Assembly (NCBI GenBank): GCA_963787925.1 | Contig: CAWBEN010000005.1 | Location: 265,651 to 329,650, forward strand | Source: an uncultured delta proteobacterium | GTDB lineage: Bacteria; Myxococcota_A; Polyangia; Polyangiales; Polyangiaceae | Direction of reading: 5' to 3' | DNA: 64,000 nt | Part shown: piece after piece, positions 1 to 9,411 of the stretch | How positions within the stretch are numbered: position 1 is the first letter of the stretch | How the letters are laid out: each line of letters opens with the position of its first letter | Notes under the pieces: model-generated | What the model was told of the DNA's origin: nothing | Databases searched by the model: none | The model's input: only the letters and a program-made list of their open reading frames with translations | Translations under genes and position numbers: made by a program

Positions 1-1039
1 TCACGTTGAAATCGCGCAATCCGCCGGCGAAATTGTGGTCCTCCCATTTGACCAAACCGTGGACGTCGGTCTTGATCTGGTCGAGCTCGATCCCGCCTCC
101 GAGCGTTATCTGGCGCAGCCGCGTCGGCTCCACGCGAACGGTGAGCGGGACCACGTGGTCCCCTGGCGGGGGCGTAGCGAGCGTCGGGGTGATGTCGACC
201 GCGCTGAACACTTCGAGGTCGAGCAACGCCTGCGTCGCGGAATCGATCTCGGCGGTCGAATACGGCGACCCCTCCTTGATGTCGATCGCCCGGCGCAGGG
301 GCGCCTCCGGAATCTCCTGCTTTCGCGGCCCCCCTCCGTCGGGATCGAGGCCCGTTATCGTGATGGGGCCGAACACCGCGGGCACCCCGGGTGTCACCTT
401 GAACCCGTAGTCGACGACGTGCTCCCCGACGTCGACCTCGGCATCGGACTCGACCGTCGCGTACGCATAGCCGCGGTCCGTCAGCGCCTTCTTCACGGCG
501 CTCTCGGCGCTCTTGAACTTGTCCTCGTCGAAGCGACCTTTTTCTCCTCCAACCTCACGCTTTGCCGTCGCGTTGACGACGTCCACGATGTTCTTGGGGA
601 GGCCTCCCAGTCCCACGACGGTGACGTATCGATTGACGGTGGGCGGACCTTCGTCGACCACGATCTCGATGCGAACATGGTCTTTTTTGACTTGAAACAC
701 GTGGGCTACGCGAGCGTGCGCGTCGAAGAAGCCCTTGGATTGGTAAAAGCGCTCGACGCGCGCCATGTCGCGCTGAAGGACCGCCTCGTCGTAAACCGCG
801 TAGTCATAGGCGACGCCTTGGAACAGAAAGAGAAACTTCGTCGACGCCTCCGTGCCGAGGCCGTTCTCGACGTCGCTCCCGCTGAGCTCTTTGGCGTGCA
901 GGACGCGGACCGAATCGACGGCCGAACGTCCGGGCGGGATCTTGCTGCAGGAGAGGGTCGCCATGCCAATCCAAGACAGCGCTACGCTCGTAGTCAAACG
1001 ACCCCATGGGGTCGCGCGAAGTTCAAGAAAGTCGGGCAT
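1..1039 (-). CDS. Omp85/BamA-TamA family outer-membrane protein, N-terminal POTRA part (3' end runs off the left edge)
   Basis: Absent from the ORF track because no stop lies in the window. Manual minus-strand translation from ATG 1039 (alternative ATG 964) gives a lipobox-like signal (WIGMATLSCS). It also gives POTRA-type motifs (RVERFYQSKGFFDAHARV; KKALTDRGYAYATVESD) and the start of a barrel (LGGGIELDQ...WEDHNFAGG). The listed 35..1066 + ORF is its antisense shadow. Confidence 0.6.
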   Translation of the reverse strand, partial: MPDFLELRATPWGRLTTSVALSWIGMATLSCSKIPPGRSAVDSVRVLHAKELSGSDVENGLGTEASTKFLFLFQGVAYDYAVYDEAVLQRDMARVERFYQSKGFFDAHARVAHVFQVKKDHVRIEIVVDEGPPTVNRYVTVVGLGGLPKNIVDVVNATAKREVGGEKGRFDEDKFKSAESAVKKALTDRGYAYATVESDAEVDVGEHVVDYGFKVTPGVPAVFGPITITGLDPDGGGPRKQEIPEAPLRRAIDIKEGSPYSTAEIDSATQALLDLEVFSAVDITPTLATPPPGDHVVPLTVRVEPTRLRQITLGGGIELDQIKTDVHGLVKWEDHNFAGGLRDFNV

Positions 1040-1071
1040 CGTCGGGTCCAGGTCGTGCTTCCTTGAACAAT

Positions 1072-1569
1072 GTGTGCCGAACGTTCCTCGTCCTAGGCCT
1101 AGCCGTTCAGCTCGCTGGCTGCAGCAGGTCGCTTCCGCACCCGCCGTATGCGCCTCAAGCAACGAGCGCGCTCACCCTCGTCGACATGTCGCCGCCACCC
1201 GGCCGAGCCGAGCTCATCCCGAACAGGCCTCCGCAAGCCAACGCGTGGGTCGACGGCGAGTGGATCCTGCGCCGCGGCCGCTGGTACTGGCTGCTGGGTC
1301 GGTGGGTCACCACGCCCCCGGGCGCGAAGCTCGCGCCGTGGGTGTTCGTCCGGGCGCTCGACGGGACGGGCTATTTCGCGCCGAGCGTCTGGGTGGACGC
1401 CCAGCGAAACACGATCGAGGGCCCGCCTGGCCTCGCCTTCGCGACGGCGAGCGGTTCGGCCGTCTTCGATCCAGGGGGAGACTTGGAGAACGTGGGCCGC
1501 AATATCCGGACGGCTCCGCCCCAGCGTCATCACGAGCAGCCGGCGGCGGCCGGCCCGCCCGACCGTTAG
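1072..1569 (+). CDS. Hypothetical lipoprotein with W-rich YxWxxGxW-like motif
   Basis: ORF 1006..1569. An in-frame GTG at 1072 gives the signal MCRTFLVLGLAVQLAGC (lipobox LAGC). Motif WVDGEWILRRGRWYWLLGRWV. Confidence 0.5.
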   Translation: MCRTFLVLGLAVQLAGCSRSLPHPPYAPQATSALTLVDMSPPPGRAELIPNRPPQANAWVDGEWILRRGRWYWLLGRWVTTPPGAKLAPWVFVRALDGTGYFAPSVWVDAQRNTIEGPPGLAFATASGSAVFDPGGDLENVGRNIRTAPPQRHHEQPAAAGPPDR

Positions 1570-1606
1570 TGTGACGTTGCCCAGCACACCGCGTGGCAAA
1601 TAGACG

Positions 1607-3354
1607 CTATCGGGCGCCGTCTCGGCTCGTCATTGGAGCGGCGCCTTTTTTGCCGCCCAACAAGCCTTCCCTGAGTCCCACCAAGAGCCGGCCGATGTCT
1701 TGGGCGCGCGGCTCTTGGCCCAAATACAATCGGACCGTGGCCTCCAACTCGGCGGTGCTCTTCTCGGGATGAGCCACGACCAGCGGAATGCGCGAGTCTT
1801 GCTGCGAAGGGCTGCCGTGCCATGAATGATACGGCGTCGCAAAATAGTAGCGGTCCTGTGGGAGCTTGCGATCGCCGTTGTGCGCTAGGAGAAGGACGTC
1901 GCCCGCCCGTTCACCGTGCGGACCCACCGCGAGATCGCGCAATCGTGGCTCGACGGCCAAATAGGTCGGGTGGGGGTGCTCTCTGAAGTACGCCTCGACC
2001 GGCTCCGTCTTTCCATCGCCGACATACACCTCGAAGGGCAGATCGTTCTCGGCGACGGGCACGGGCCGGCGCGCGAGGACCAGATCGAGCGCGCCGCGCA
2101 TGCTAGGCGCGAGCGCTCCGTCGACGTTGTTGCGATAGAACGCTTCAGCGGCCGGTAGGACGTCGGCTTCGTACCGGGGAGGCCGCGTCCAGTCGCACAC
2201 CGCCGAGGCCTTCAGGCAAGATGACCTGTCGGCCAAATAGACGTAGGCGATGGCCCCCTGGTAGGCGAGGACGCTTTGGAAGGGGTCCGACGCCTTGACG
2301 TCACCCTTGAAGGGGCGCACGCGGTAGCCTGCTCCGCGCAGGACGGCTGGTGGATTGTCGTCGGATTTCGTCGAGAGAGCGTGGGCGTCGTCCTTGTCGA
2401 CCTCCGTGTGGCCGTGGTCGCTCGTGAGCACGACGTACCGATTGCCGAGCGCCATTTTCTCGCGAAGCCTCTGCCGAAGCGTGCCGATCGCGGGATCGAT
2501 GACCTCTCTCATGTAGCTTCGCCGCGCGACGTCCGGTCCCTCCGGCGAAATGTGCGCCCAGTCGTCGGTCCCAAAGAGGTAGAGGGTCAACACGTCCGGC
2601 ACGGGCTCCTCGGCCAGTCGCTCGACGACGACCTCGACATCCTCTTTGTCGAGGTCGGCCCAGACGCTCCTCGGAAGATTCTTTTCGGTATGACCCTGCA
2701 GAAAAGCAGTGAGCGCCGCGCCGAGCACGCTGCGTCGGGTCATGAGCAGCTCGTCGGCGCCACGATAGAACTGGCTCATGGAGACCCAGATTTTCACGTG
2801 AGGATCCGCTTTGCGCATCGTCTCGTAAATCGTCGGGGCCGCGAGCAGTTGGTTTGCGTAGCCGTCGGTGAACACCGAGAGCGCTTGCGCGCTGGCTTCG
2901 ACACTCACCGGAATGGGAGCGGCAAACTCTCGCCGCTCCCGCACGAAGAATTCGTTGCCCGAAAATCCATCGCTGGAGTAGCACCCGTGAAAATAGTGGC
3001 CCACGCCACGCCCGTGGTCGACGGCAGCGTCGTCAACACATCGGGGGCAAAATAGGCGTGTGGAAAGGCGCCTCTTTCCTTGCCCAGCAGGGCAGCGAGC
3101 TCCGGGAGCTCGCCGTCCGAGAGCATCGAGTACAGAAGCTCCCGTCCCAAGCCGTCGATCGCCAAGACGAGAAGGGCAGGCCGGGAGGGATCGTTGGGCG
3201 GCTCGCCCGCCGGGCGCTCGCGCAGCGTGCGCTTTTCTCCTTGGCTGACGACTTTGACGAGCTTCCCGAACCCGCCGCACGCGCTCAGGCCGAGAACGAC
3301 CGCTACCCAAACCGCCGCAGCCGCTCGTGACTCACGTGGTGCTCGGCGCTTCAC
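1607..3354 (-). pseudogene. Alkaline-phosphatase superfamily nucleotide pyrophosphatase/phosphodiesterase-like lipoprotein, apparent 1-nt frameshift near 2970
   Basis: ORF 2905..3354 carries the signal (VVLGLSAC) and the N-terminal motifs LLVLAIDGLG and LPSTTGVAWATIFTGATPA. ORF 1607..3310 carries DGFSGNEFF...YVVLTSDHGHTEV. The two frames meet inside the TG..P..HG..GN motif. Total length is not a multiple of 3. Confidence 0.75.
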
Positions 3355-3593
3355 TTGGATGACCGGAGTCTCTCGTCTGAGGGCTTAGCACGCGCATTGC
3401 GCGATGACGCACGGAGCGCTCGCCGAGCGCCCTCTGCCCGCGCCGAAGCTCGGAAACCATTCTGCCTCGCCGAGAGCACGACGCGGCACCCAGCCCCGCG
3501 CGGTCGTCGGCTTTTTGGCCAACGCCCGTCTGGCGAGGCGATTGCAAGACGTCCAACCGTCCAACCTTCACGTCACGGCAAGAGGACGCAGCC

Positions 3594-4118
3594 ATGAAAG
3601 CTACCGAGCTACTCGAGAAACAGCATCGCAAGGTGGAAGCGATTTTCAAGAAGTTGGAAGCCAAGCGCGCGGAGGTCGGGCCGCTTCTTCAAGAGCTGGC
3701 CAACGACCTTGCGGCCCATATGGCCATCGAACAGGAAATTTTCTACCCCGCAGTGAAAGAAGTGGACGCCAAGCTCGTGCTCGAAAGCTACGAAGAGCAC
3801 GCCCTCGCCGAAATGGGGTTGAAGCGCTTGCTCGCGTGCGATCCCGAGGACGAGTCTTTTTCGGCTCGCGTCACCGCTTGCAAGGAGCTCATTCAACATC
3901 ACGTCGAGGAGGAAGAGGAGGATCTCTTTCCAGCCGTGGAGAAGGCGCTGGAGGACGAGGACCTCGAGGACCTTGGCAAGCGGATGAAGGCGCGCTTTGC
4001 GCAGGTTCAGGCTGCCGGCTTCGACGCGTCGGTTCCGAAGGGTTTTTCGAAGACCTCGGCCGACGTTTCGAAGAACCTCAAAGGCGCTTCGCGGGCGTCT
4101 CGGAGCGCGCAGGCGTGA
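3594..4118 (+). CDS. Hemerythrin (HHE cation-binding) domain protein
   Basis: 174 aa. Motifs LAAHMAIEQEIFYPAV and ELIQHHVEEEEEDLFPAV are typical hemerythrin-like His/Glu motifs. Confidence 0.8.
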   Translation: MKATELLEKQHRKVEAIFKKLEAKRAEVGPLLQELANDLAAHMAIEQEIFYPAVKEVDAKLVLESYEEHALAEMGLKRLLACDPEDESFSARVTACKELIQHHVEEEEEDLFPAVEKALEDEDLEDLGKRMKARFAQVQAAGFDASVPKGFSKTSADVSKNLKGASRASRSAQA

Positions 4119-4221
4119 CCGCACCTCGGGCCCTAGCGGCGTCCGGGAACGAGCGTTGCATCATCGATGGGTACGGCTTAGGTTGCATCTGTCGTAGGAG
4201 GCAGAAGTTCAGGAGACCGCC

Positions 4222-4503
4222 ATGACCGTCGTTGAATTCGTGGTTTACCTGGTGATCGCCGGAATCTGCGGCGCCATTGCCCGGGCAATGGCGGGTGGCA
4301 CGGGCGGTGGCTTCGTTTTGTCGATTCTGCTCGGTTTCTTGGGCGCGTTCGTCGGCACTTGGCTGGCGCGCATGCTCCACCTTCCCGAGCTCGTCGTCAT
4401 TGCCGTGGCGGGTCGCCCTTTTCCTATCGTTTGGTCGGTGATCGGCGGGATCGTGCTGGTCGTCCTTGCCCACGCGCTGACACGTCCGCGCTACAGCGTC
4501 TGA
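4222..4503 (+). CDS. GlsB/YeaQ/YmgE family small stress-response membrane protein
   Basis: 93 aa with three Gly-rich TM helices (GICGAIARAMAGG; LLGFLGAFVGTWLA; VIGGIVLVVL). AGGAGA RBS upstream. Confidence 0.8.
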   Translation: MTVVEFVVYLVIAGICGAIARAMAGGTGGGFVLSILLGFLGAFVGTWLARMLHLPELVVIAVAGRPFPIVWSVIGGIVLVVLAHALTRPRYSV

Positions 4504-4582
4504 GGCCGCCCGGCAGGCGCGGCTCGCGCAAGAACGCGCTCGAGTCCAACTGCCTCCCGCGCGCCTGCTTACCATTGCCCGT

Positions 4583-6499
4583 ATGGAGCTTCGTCCGTCG
4601 AGCGGCGGGCACGCCCGCGTGTTGCACCGAGCGCCCTTCCTCGTAACGGCGCTCGGGGCGGTGGGCGTGGTGTTCGGGGACATCGGGACGAGTCCGCTCT
4701 ACACGCTGCAGGTGGCGGCGCAGACGAGCGGGAGCCACCCGGTCGAGCGCCCCGATGTGTTGGGGGTGATCTCGCTCATCTTGTGGGCGCTGATTTTTGC
4801 CGTCTCGATCAAGTACGTCAGCTTCGTCATGCGGGCCGACAACCATGGCGAAGGAGGCATTCTTGCGCTGCTCGCCCTCTTGCCTCGGCGGGCCGCGTCC
4901 TCAGGCGGGATCACTGCGACCCTCGTCATCGCCGGTGCCGCGCTGCTCTTCGGCGATGGAATGATAACGCCCGCCATTTCGGTGCTGAGCGCGCTCGAAG
5001 GCCTGAAGCTGGCGGCTCCTGGTCTCCAGCCGTTCGTGGTGCCGTTGACTTGTGCGGTGCTGTTTGGGCTGTTCGCGCTGCAGCGTCGCGGGACCACCAG
5101 CGTCGGCCGGCTTTTTGGCCCGCTCATGGTCGTCTGGTTTGTGACCATCGCGTCGCTCGGATTGAAGGAGTTGCTCAAGACGCCGGAAGCCTTGGGCGCC
5201 ATTTCACCGGTCTGGGCCGCACGCTATTTCGTGCGGCACGGCGTACGTGGGCTGGGCATTCTCGGCGTCGTGGTGCTTGCCATCACCGGGGGGGAAGCCC
5301 TTTACGCGGACATGGGGCACTTCGGTGCGCGCCCGATCCGCGCCTCATGGTTCGCGCTCGTATTTCCTGCGCTGGCGCTGTCTTATCTGGGCCAGGGCGC
5401 CCTGGTGCTCCGGGAGCCCAGCGCGCTGACCAACCCTTTCTTCGCGATGGTGCCGAGGGGACCGGCCACGTTCGCGCTCGTCGCGCTCGCGGCGGCCGCA
5501 ACGACAGTCGCGTCGCAGGCGCTGATAAGCGGAGTGTTCTCGCTCACCCATCAGGCTGTGCAGCTTGGCTATTTCCCGCGGGTCACCGTCAAGCACACGT
5601 CGTCCGAGGCCGAGGGTCAGATTTACGTCCCGCTCGTGAACTGGGGCCTCATGATCGCGTGCGTTGCCCTCGTGCTCGGATTCCGCGCCTCCTCGCGGCT
5701 TGCTTCCGCCTACGGCATCGCCGTGAGCGGCACGATGGCCGTCACTTCTCTCGTCTTCTTCGAGGTGACCAGGAAGACTTGGAAGTGGCCTGCCATTCGT
5801 TCAGTGCCGCTCCTCTTGTTGTTTTTGTCGTTCGATCTGCCCTTCTTGGGCGCCAACGCGCTCAAGTTCGTCGATGGAGGGTACGTCCCCATCCTGGTGG
5901 GCGCGCTGTTCTTCGTCGTCATGTTGGACTGGCACAGGGGTCGCCAACTGTTGAAAGAGCGCGTGGAGCTGCGCAGCCTCGAACTGCCCGAATTTCTCGA
6001 GCAGCCGGCGACGAAGGCCATGACACGCGTCCCGGGCGCATCCATTTACCTGTCGCCCACGCGGCGGATCCCTCCTGTGCTGCGAATGCAGGTCGAGCTG
6101 CTGCGAGCGTGTACCGAGCGCGTCGTTCTGCTGACGCTGGTCGTCGAACACTCCCCCCAGGTAGACGAGGCGGAGCGAAGTCAAATCCAAGTGCTCGGAC
6201 ATGGCTTCATCGGGATAACTCTCCGCTTCGGTTACATGGAGAACCCCGACGTTCCGTCCGCGCTCCGGCGGGCGTTCGAGAACAGCCAACCGCTCCGGGC
6301 GGAGTGTCCCGGTATCCGGCTCGACGAGGCCACTTACTATGTGGCTCGCGAGACCGTCACGGCTGGGCGCGGAGGAAAGATGGGGGTCGTTCCAGAGAGA
6401 CTCTTTGCTTTTCTCGCGCGCAACGCGAGGAGCGCAGTCGACCATTTCGGGTTGCCGGCGGAGCGGGTCGTCGAGCTCGGGACTAGGATCGATCTGTGA
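4583..6499 (+). CDS. kup: KUP/HAK/KT family potassium transporter
   Basis: 638 aa. Signature GAVGVVFGDIGTSPLYTL, multiple TM segments and a soluble C-terminal domain. Confidence 0.93.
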   Translation: MELRPSSGGHARVLHRAPFLVTALGAVGVVFGDIGTSPLYTLQVAAQTSGSHPVERPDVLGVISLILWALIFAVSIKYVSFVMRADNHGEGGILALLALLPRRAASSGGITATLVIAGAALLFGDGMITPAISVLSALEGLKLAAPGLQPFVVPLTCAVLFGLFALQRRGTTSVGRLFGPLMVVWFVTIASLGLKELLKTPEALGAISPVWAARYFVRHGVRGLGILGVVVLAITGGEALYADMGHFGARPIRASWFALVFPALALSYLGQGALVLREPSALTNPFFAMVPRGPATFALVALAAAATTVASQALISGVFSLTHQAVQLGYFPRVTVKHTSSEAEGQIYVPLVNWGLMIACVALVLGFRASSRLASAYGIAVSGTMAVTSLVFFEVTRKTWKWPAIRSVPLLLLFLSFDLPFLGANALKFVDGGYVPILVGALFFVVMLDWHRGRQLLKERVELRSLELPEFLEQPATKAMTRVPGASIYLSPTRRIPPVLRMQVELLRACTERVVLLTLVVEHSPQVDEAERSQIQVLGHGFIGITLRFGYMENPDVPSALRRAFENSQPLRAECPGIRLDEATYYVARETVTAGRGGKMGVVPERLFAFLARNARSAVDHFGLPAERVVELGTRIDL

Positions 6500-6530
6500 G
6501 TCGCGGGCGAGGAGCGTCTCGGAATGGGCC

Positions 6531-7490
6531 GTGCAGCGCGCGCCGCCGGTGACGCCCCCCGATCCAAACGACGAGGTTTTCGCCGTTGTCCAACCGAACG
6601 CTGTGGCATCGCGCCCCGGTGTGTCGGCGTTGTCCTTGCGCGAGGGCACGCGGCGGGGTCGGGCGGCGAGCAGGGACCCGGAGGCGTTGCCGCCCCGCGT
6701 CGATGATGCGCGCGCGATCCGGCGCGAGCTGCGGCGAGTCCGCCGCGAGTACCGGGAGGCCCTTCGCACGATTGGCGAGCTGAAAGAGGCCGTCGCGGCG
6801 AGAGACGAGATGATCGCGGTCGCAGGGCACGAGCTACGAAACCCCATGGGGGCCGTCGTCGTAAACGTCACCCACATGGTGTTTCGTGGCCGGCGCGAGG
6901 GCGACCTGCCGGAATGGGTCGGACTCCGACTCGACGCGCTCGAAAAGCAGGCGCGAAATTTCGTGCGCCGCGCCACGACGCTGCTCGACGTCTCGCGCTT
7001 GACGACTGGACGTCCCCAGCTGAACCACGAGCCCCTGGACCTCGCCGAAGTCGTGAAGGACACCGCTCGCGAGATGGCGGGGGAGGCCGAGGCCTCCGGA
7101 TGCGAGCTCCGCCTAGCGCTCGATGCCGAGGTGATCGGCTCGTGGGATCGCGCTGCCGTCGAGCAGATCGTGATGAACCTGCTGTCGAATGCCATCAAGT
7201 ACGGGGCAGGGCGACCCGTCGACGTCTCGGTGGCGAGCGACGGCACGCGGGCGACGCTCTCGGTACGCGACCAGGGCATCGGCATCGAGGAGAGCGACCG
7301 CAAGCGAATCTTCGAGCGCTTCGAGCGCGCAGTCACCCGGCGTGACCGCCCTGGCTTTGGCCTCGGGCTGTGGATTACTCGCCAGCTCGTCGTGGCTCAC
7401 GGTGGCGAAATCGCGGTGGAGAGCCAGGCCGGCGTAGGTTCTGTCTTCACGGCGGCGCTCCCGAGAGGGATAAGTGCGCCACAACGATGA
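6531..7490 (+). CDS. Soluble histidine kinase (coiled coil + HisKA + HATPase_c, no recognisable sensor domain)
   Basis: ORF 6339..7490. H-box AVAGHELRNP, N-box LLSNAIKYG, G-boxes RDQGIGI and GFGLGLW. The start is placed at the first in-frame GTG after the kup stop and is uncertain. Confidence 0.85.
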   Translation: MQRAPPVTPPDPNDEVFAVVQPNAVASRPGVSALSLREGTRRGRAASRDPEALPPRVDDARAIRRELRRVRREYREALRTIGELKEAVAARDEMIAVAGHELRNPMGAVVVNVTHMVFRGRREGDLPEWVGLRLDALEKQARNFVRRATTLLDVSRLTTGRPQLNHEPLDLAEVVKDTAREMAGEAEASGCELRLALDAEVIGSWDRAAVEQIVMNLLSNAIKYGAGRPVDVSVASDGTRATLSVRDQGIGIEESDRKRIFERFERAVTRRDRPGFGLGLWITRQLVVAHGGEIAVESQAGVGSVFTAALPRGISAPQR

Positions 7491-9040
7491 ACTCAAGCGA
7501 ATCCTCCCGGCGGCTGGTGCGGTTCACGAGCGGTATCCCCGGTCTCGACGCGGTTCTCGGCGGCGGCTTTTTCGTGGGCGGCGTTTACATCGTCGAGGGC
7601 GTTCCTGGCGCGGGAAAGACGATCTTCGCCAACCAGATATGCTTTCACGTCGCGAGCCAGGGGAGGCGTGTCCTCTACGTCACACTCCTCGCGGAGTCAC
7701 ATGCCCGCCTCCTTCAGCATCTTCAGGACCTCAGTTTCTTCGATGCCGGAGCAATCCCCGATCAGCTCACGTACCTGAGCGGTTTTTCGGCTCTCGAAGA
7801 CGGTGGGCTGAAGGCACTCCTCGAGCTCGTGCGCAAACAGCTGCGAGCGCAGCACGCGAGCCTCGTCGTCCTCGACGGCTTTGCGGCCGTCACCGAGTCC
7901 GCGGCGACGGAGCGCGAGTTCAAGAAGTTCGTGCACGAGTTGCAGATCCACGCCGGCCTCGCTTCATGCTCGTTCTTCCTGCTGTCGAGTGGCGCGCCGC
8001 GCGACGCAGGTGCCGTGCAGCCCGTGCACACGATGGTCGACGGTCTCGTCCGTCTGGACGACCACGTGTTCGGTGTCCGCTCGGAGCGCGAGATTCGCGT
8101 ACAGAAGTTTCGCGGCAGCGGCTATCTGCGCGGCGTCCACACCTTCGGGATTACGGACGACGGCATCCGGGTCTATCCGCGACTAGAATCGTTCCCCGCC
8201 GAGATCGGGGACGCGTGCGGACCAGAGCGACTCGTCCTCGGCATCCCGCGCCTCGACACGATGCTCGGCGGGGGCCTCTGTCGTGGAACGAGCACGATGA
8301 TTCTGGGACCTACCGGCGTCGGCAAGTCGACCCTCGGGTACCACTTCCTGTCGGCCTCGACCGCGGACGAGAAGGGGCTTCTTTTCTCGTTCTACGAGAC
8401 GCCGAAGCGCGCCATCGGCAAAGCCCAATCGGTCGGGCTCGATCTCGCAGCGCGATGTGAGCAAGGGCACGTCGAGCTGGTATGGCGTTCGCCCATCGAA
8501 GGCACGCTCGACGCGATTGGCGGTAGCATCCTCGAGCGGGTCGATCGGCTCGGGGCGAAGCGGCTCTTCCTCGACGGCTTCAATGCGCTGCAGCAGGCCT
8601 CGGCTTACCCGGAGCGCGTGCCACACTTTCTCGCAGCGCTCGTGAGGGGGCTCCACGTGAGGGGTGTAACGACCGTGTACTCTGCCGAGCTGCACGAAAT
8701 TTTTGCATCCCACATCGACGCGCCGATGCGTGGCGTCTCGCCGTTGCTCGAAAACCTGATCCTGTTCCGCTTCGTGGAGGCCGAGGGCACCGTCCGCAGG
8801 GTGGTCTCCATCCTGAAATTGCGCGACTCCAATTTCGATTCGCGGCTTCGGGAGTTCGTCATCAACGGCCGAGGCCTCGACGTCCGCGGCGGTTTCGAAG
8901 ACGAAGAGGCCGTTTTGACTGGCGTCGCACACAACGTCTCGAACCGAAGACACCGCGGCGAAGCAGGGAAGCCGACGACGACGAAAGGAAAGAAGAAGAA
9001 GCCAGCCCGCAGAAGGGGAGAATCGAGAAAGCGGGAATGA
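7487..9040 (+). CDS. KaiC-like double RecA-fold ATPase
   Basis: ATG 7487 overlaps the kinase stop (ATGA). Two Walker A motifs (GVPGAGKT; GPTGVGKS) and two Walker B-like strands (LVVLDGF; RLFLDGF). N-terminus SGIPGLDAVLGGG. Lys/Arg-rich C-terminal tail. Confidence 0.85.
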   Translation: MNSSESSRRLVRFTSGIPGLDAVLGGGFFVGGVYIVEGVPGAGKTIFANQICFHVASQGRRVLYVTLLAESHARLLQHLQDLSFFDAGAIPDQLTYLSGFSALEDGGLKALLELVRKQLRAQHASLVVLDGFAAVTESAATEREFKKFVHELQIHAGLASCSFFLLSSGAPRDAGAVQPVHTMVDGLVRLDDHVFGVRSEREIRVQKFRGSGYLRGVHTFGITDDGIRVYPRLESFPAEIGDACGPERLVLGIPRLDTMLGGGLCRGTSTMILGPTGVGKSTLGYHFLSASTADEKGLLFSFYETPKRAIGKAQSVGLDLAARCEQGHVELVWRSPIEGTLDAIGGSILERVDRLGAKRLFLDGFNALQQASAYPERVPHFLAALVRGLHVRGVTTVYSAELHEIFASHIDAPMRGVSPLLENLILFRFVEAEGTVRRVVSILKLRDSNFDSRLREFVINGRGLDVRGGFEDEEAVLTGVAHNVSNRRHRGEAGKPTTTKGKKKKPARRRGESRKRE

Positions 9041-9408
9041 AGACGATCGTCATCGTCGACGATGAATTCGGGCTTACCGACGTATTGGCCGCCACGCTCT
9101 CGGACGTGGGCTTCCGCACGTTGACGGCGACGAACGGTGTCCGCGGACTGGAGATCATGACGGACCACCCGCCTGACCTCGTTCTCCTCGATTACATGAT
9201 GCCGCTGCTCGATGGCCCCGGAGTCCTCCTCGCGATGCGCTCCGATCCGCGGCTCAGCGGCGTTCCGGTGATCATGATGAGCTCGATGCCCGAGGCCAGC
9301 GTGCGCGGACGGTGTAGCGGGTACGTCGCCTTCCTACGCAAGCCTTTCGTCTTCGAAGCCGTTCTGACCGCCGTCGAGCGGGTGCTCGGTGGGGCCGCGT
9401 CGATTTGA
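9037..9408 (+). CDS. Single-domain response regulator (receiver only)
   Basis: ATG overlaps the KaiC-like stop (ATGA). Motifs IVIVDDE, DLVLLDYMMP, PVIMMSS and LRKPF. Confidence 0.9.
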   Translation: MKTIVIVDDEFGLTDVLAATLSDVGFRTLTATNGVRGLEIMTDHPPDLVLLDYMMPLLDGPGVLLAMRSDPRLSGVPVIMMSSMPEASVRGRCSGYVAFLRKPFVFEAVLTAVERVLGGAASI

Positions 9409-9411
9409 AAG

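Noticed and set aside
35-1066. 343-aa + strand ORF at the left edge
   Set aside because: Its Asp/Arg/Val/Leu-rich composition is typical of an antisense shadow in GC-rich DNA. The opposite strand encodes clear POTRA/Omp85 motifs in an open frame that leaves the window.
4504-4582. Possible K+/c-di-AMP-type riboswitch upstream of kup
   Set aside because: At 79 nt the spacer is too short, and it has no recognisable conserved helices.
5801-7336. 511-aa minus-strand ORF spanning kup and the histidine kinase
   Set aside because: Arg/Ser-rich with no motifs. It overlaps two well-supported + strand genes, so it is a shadow ORF.
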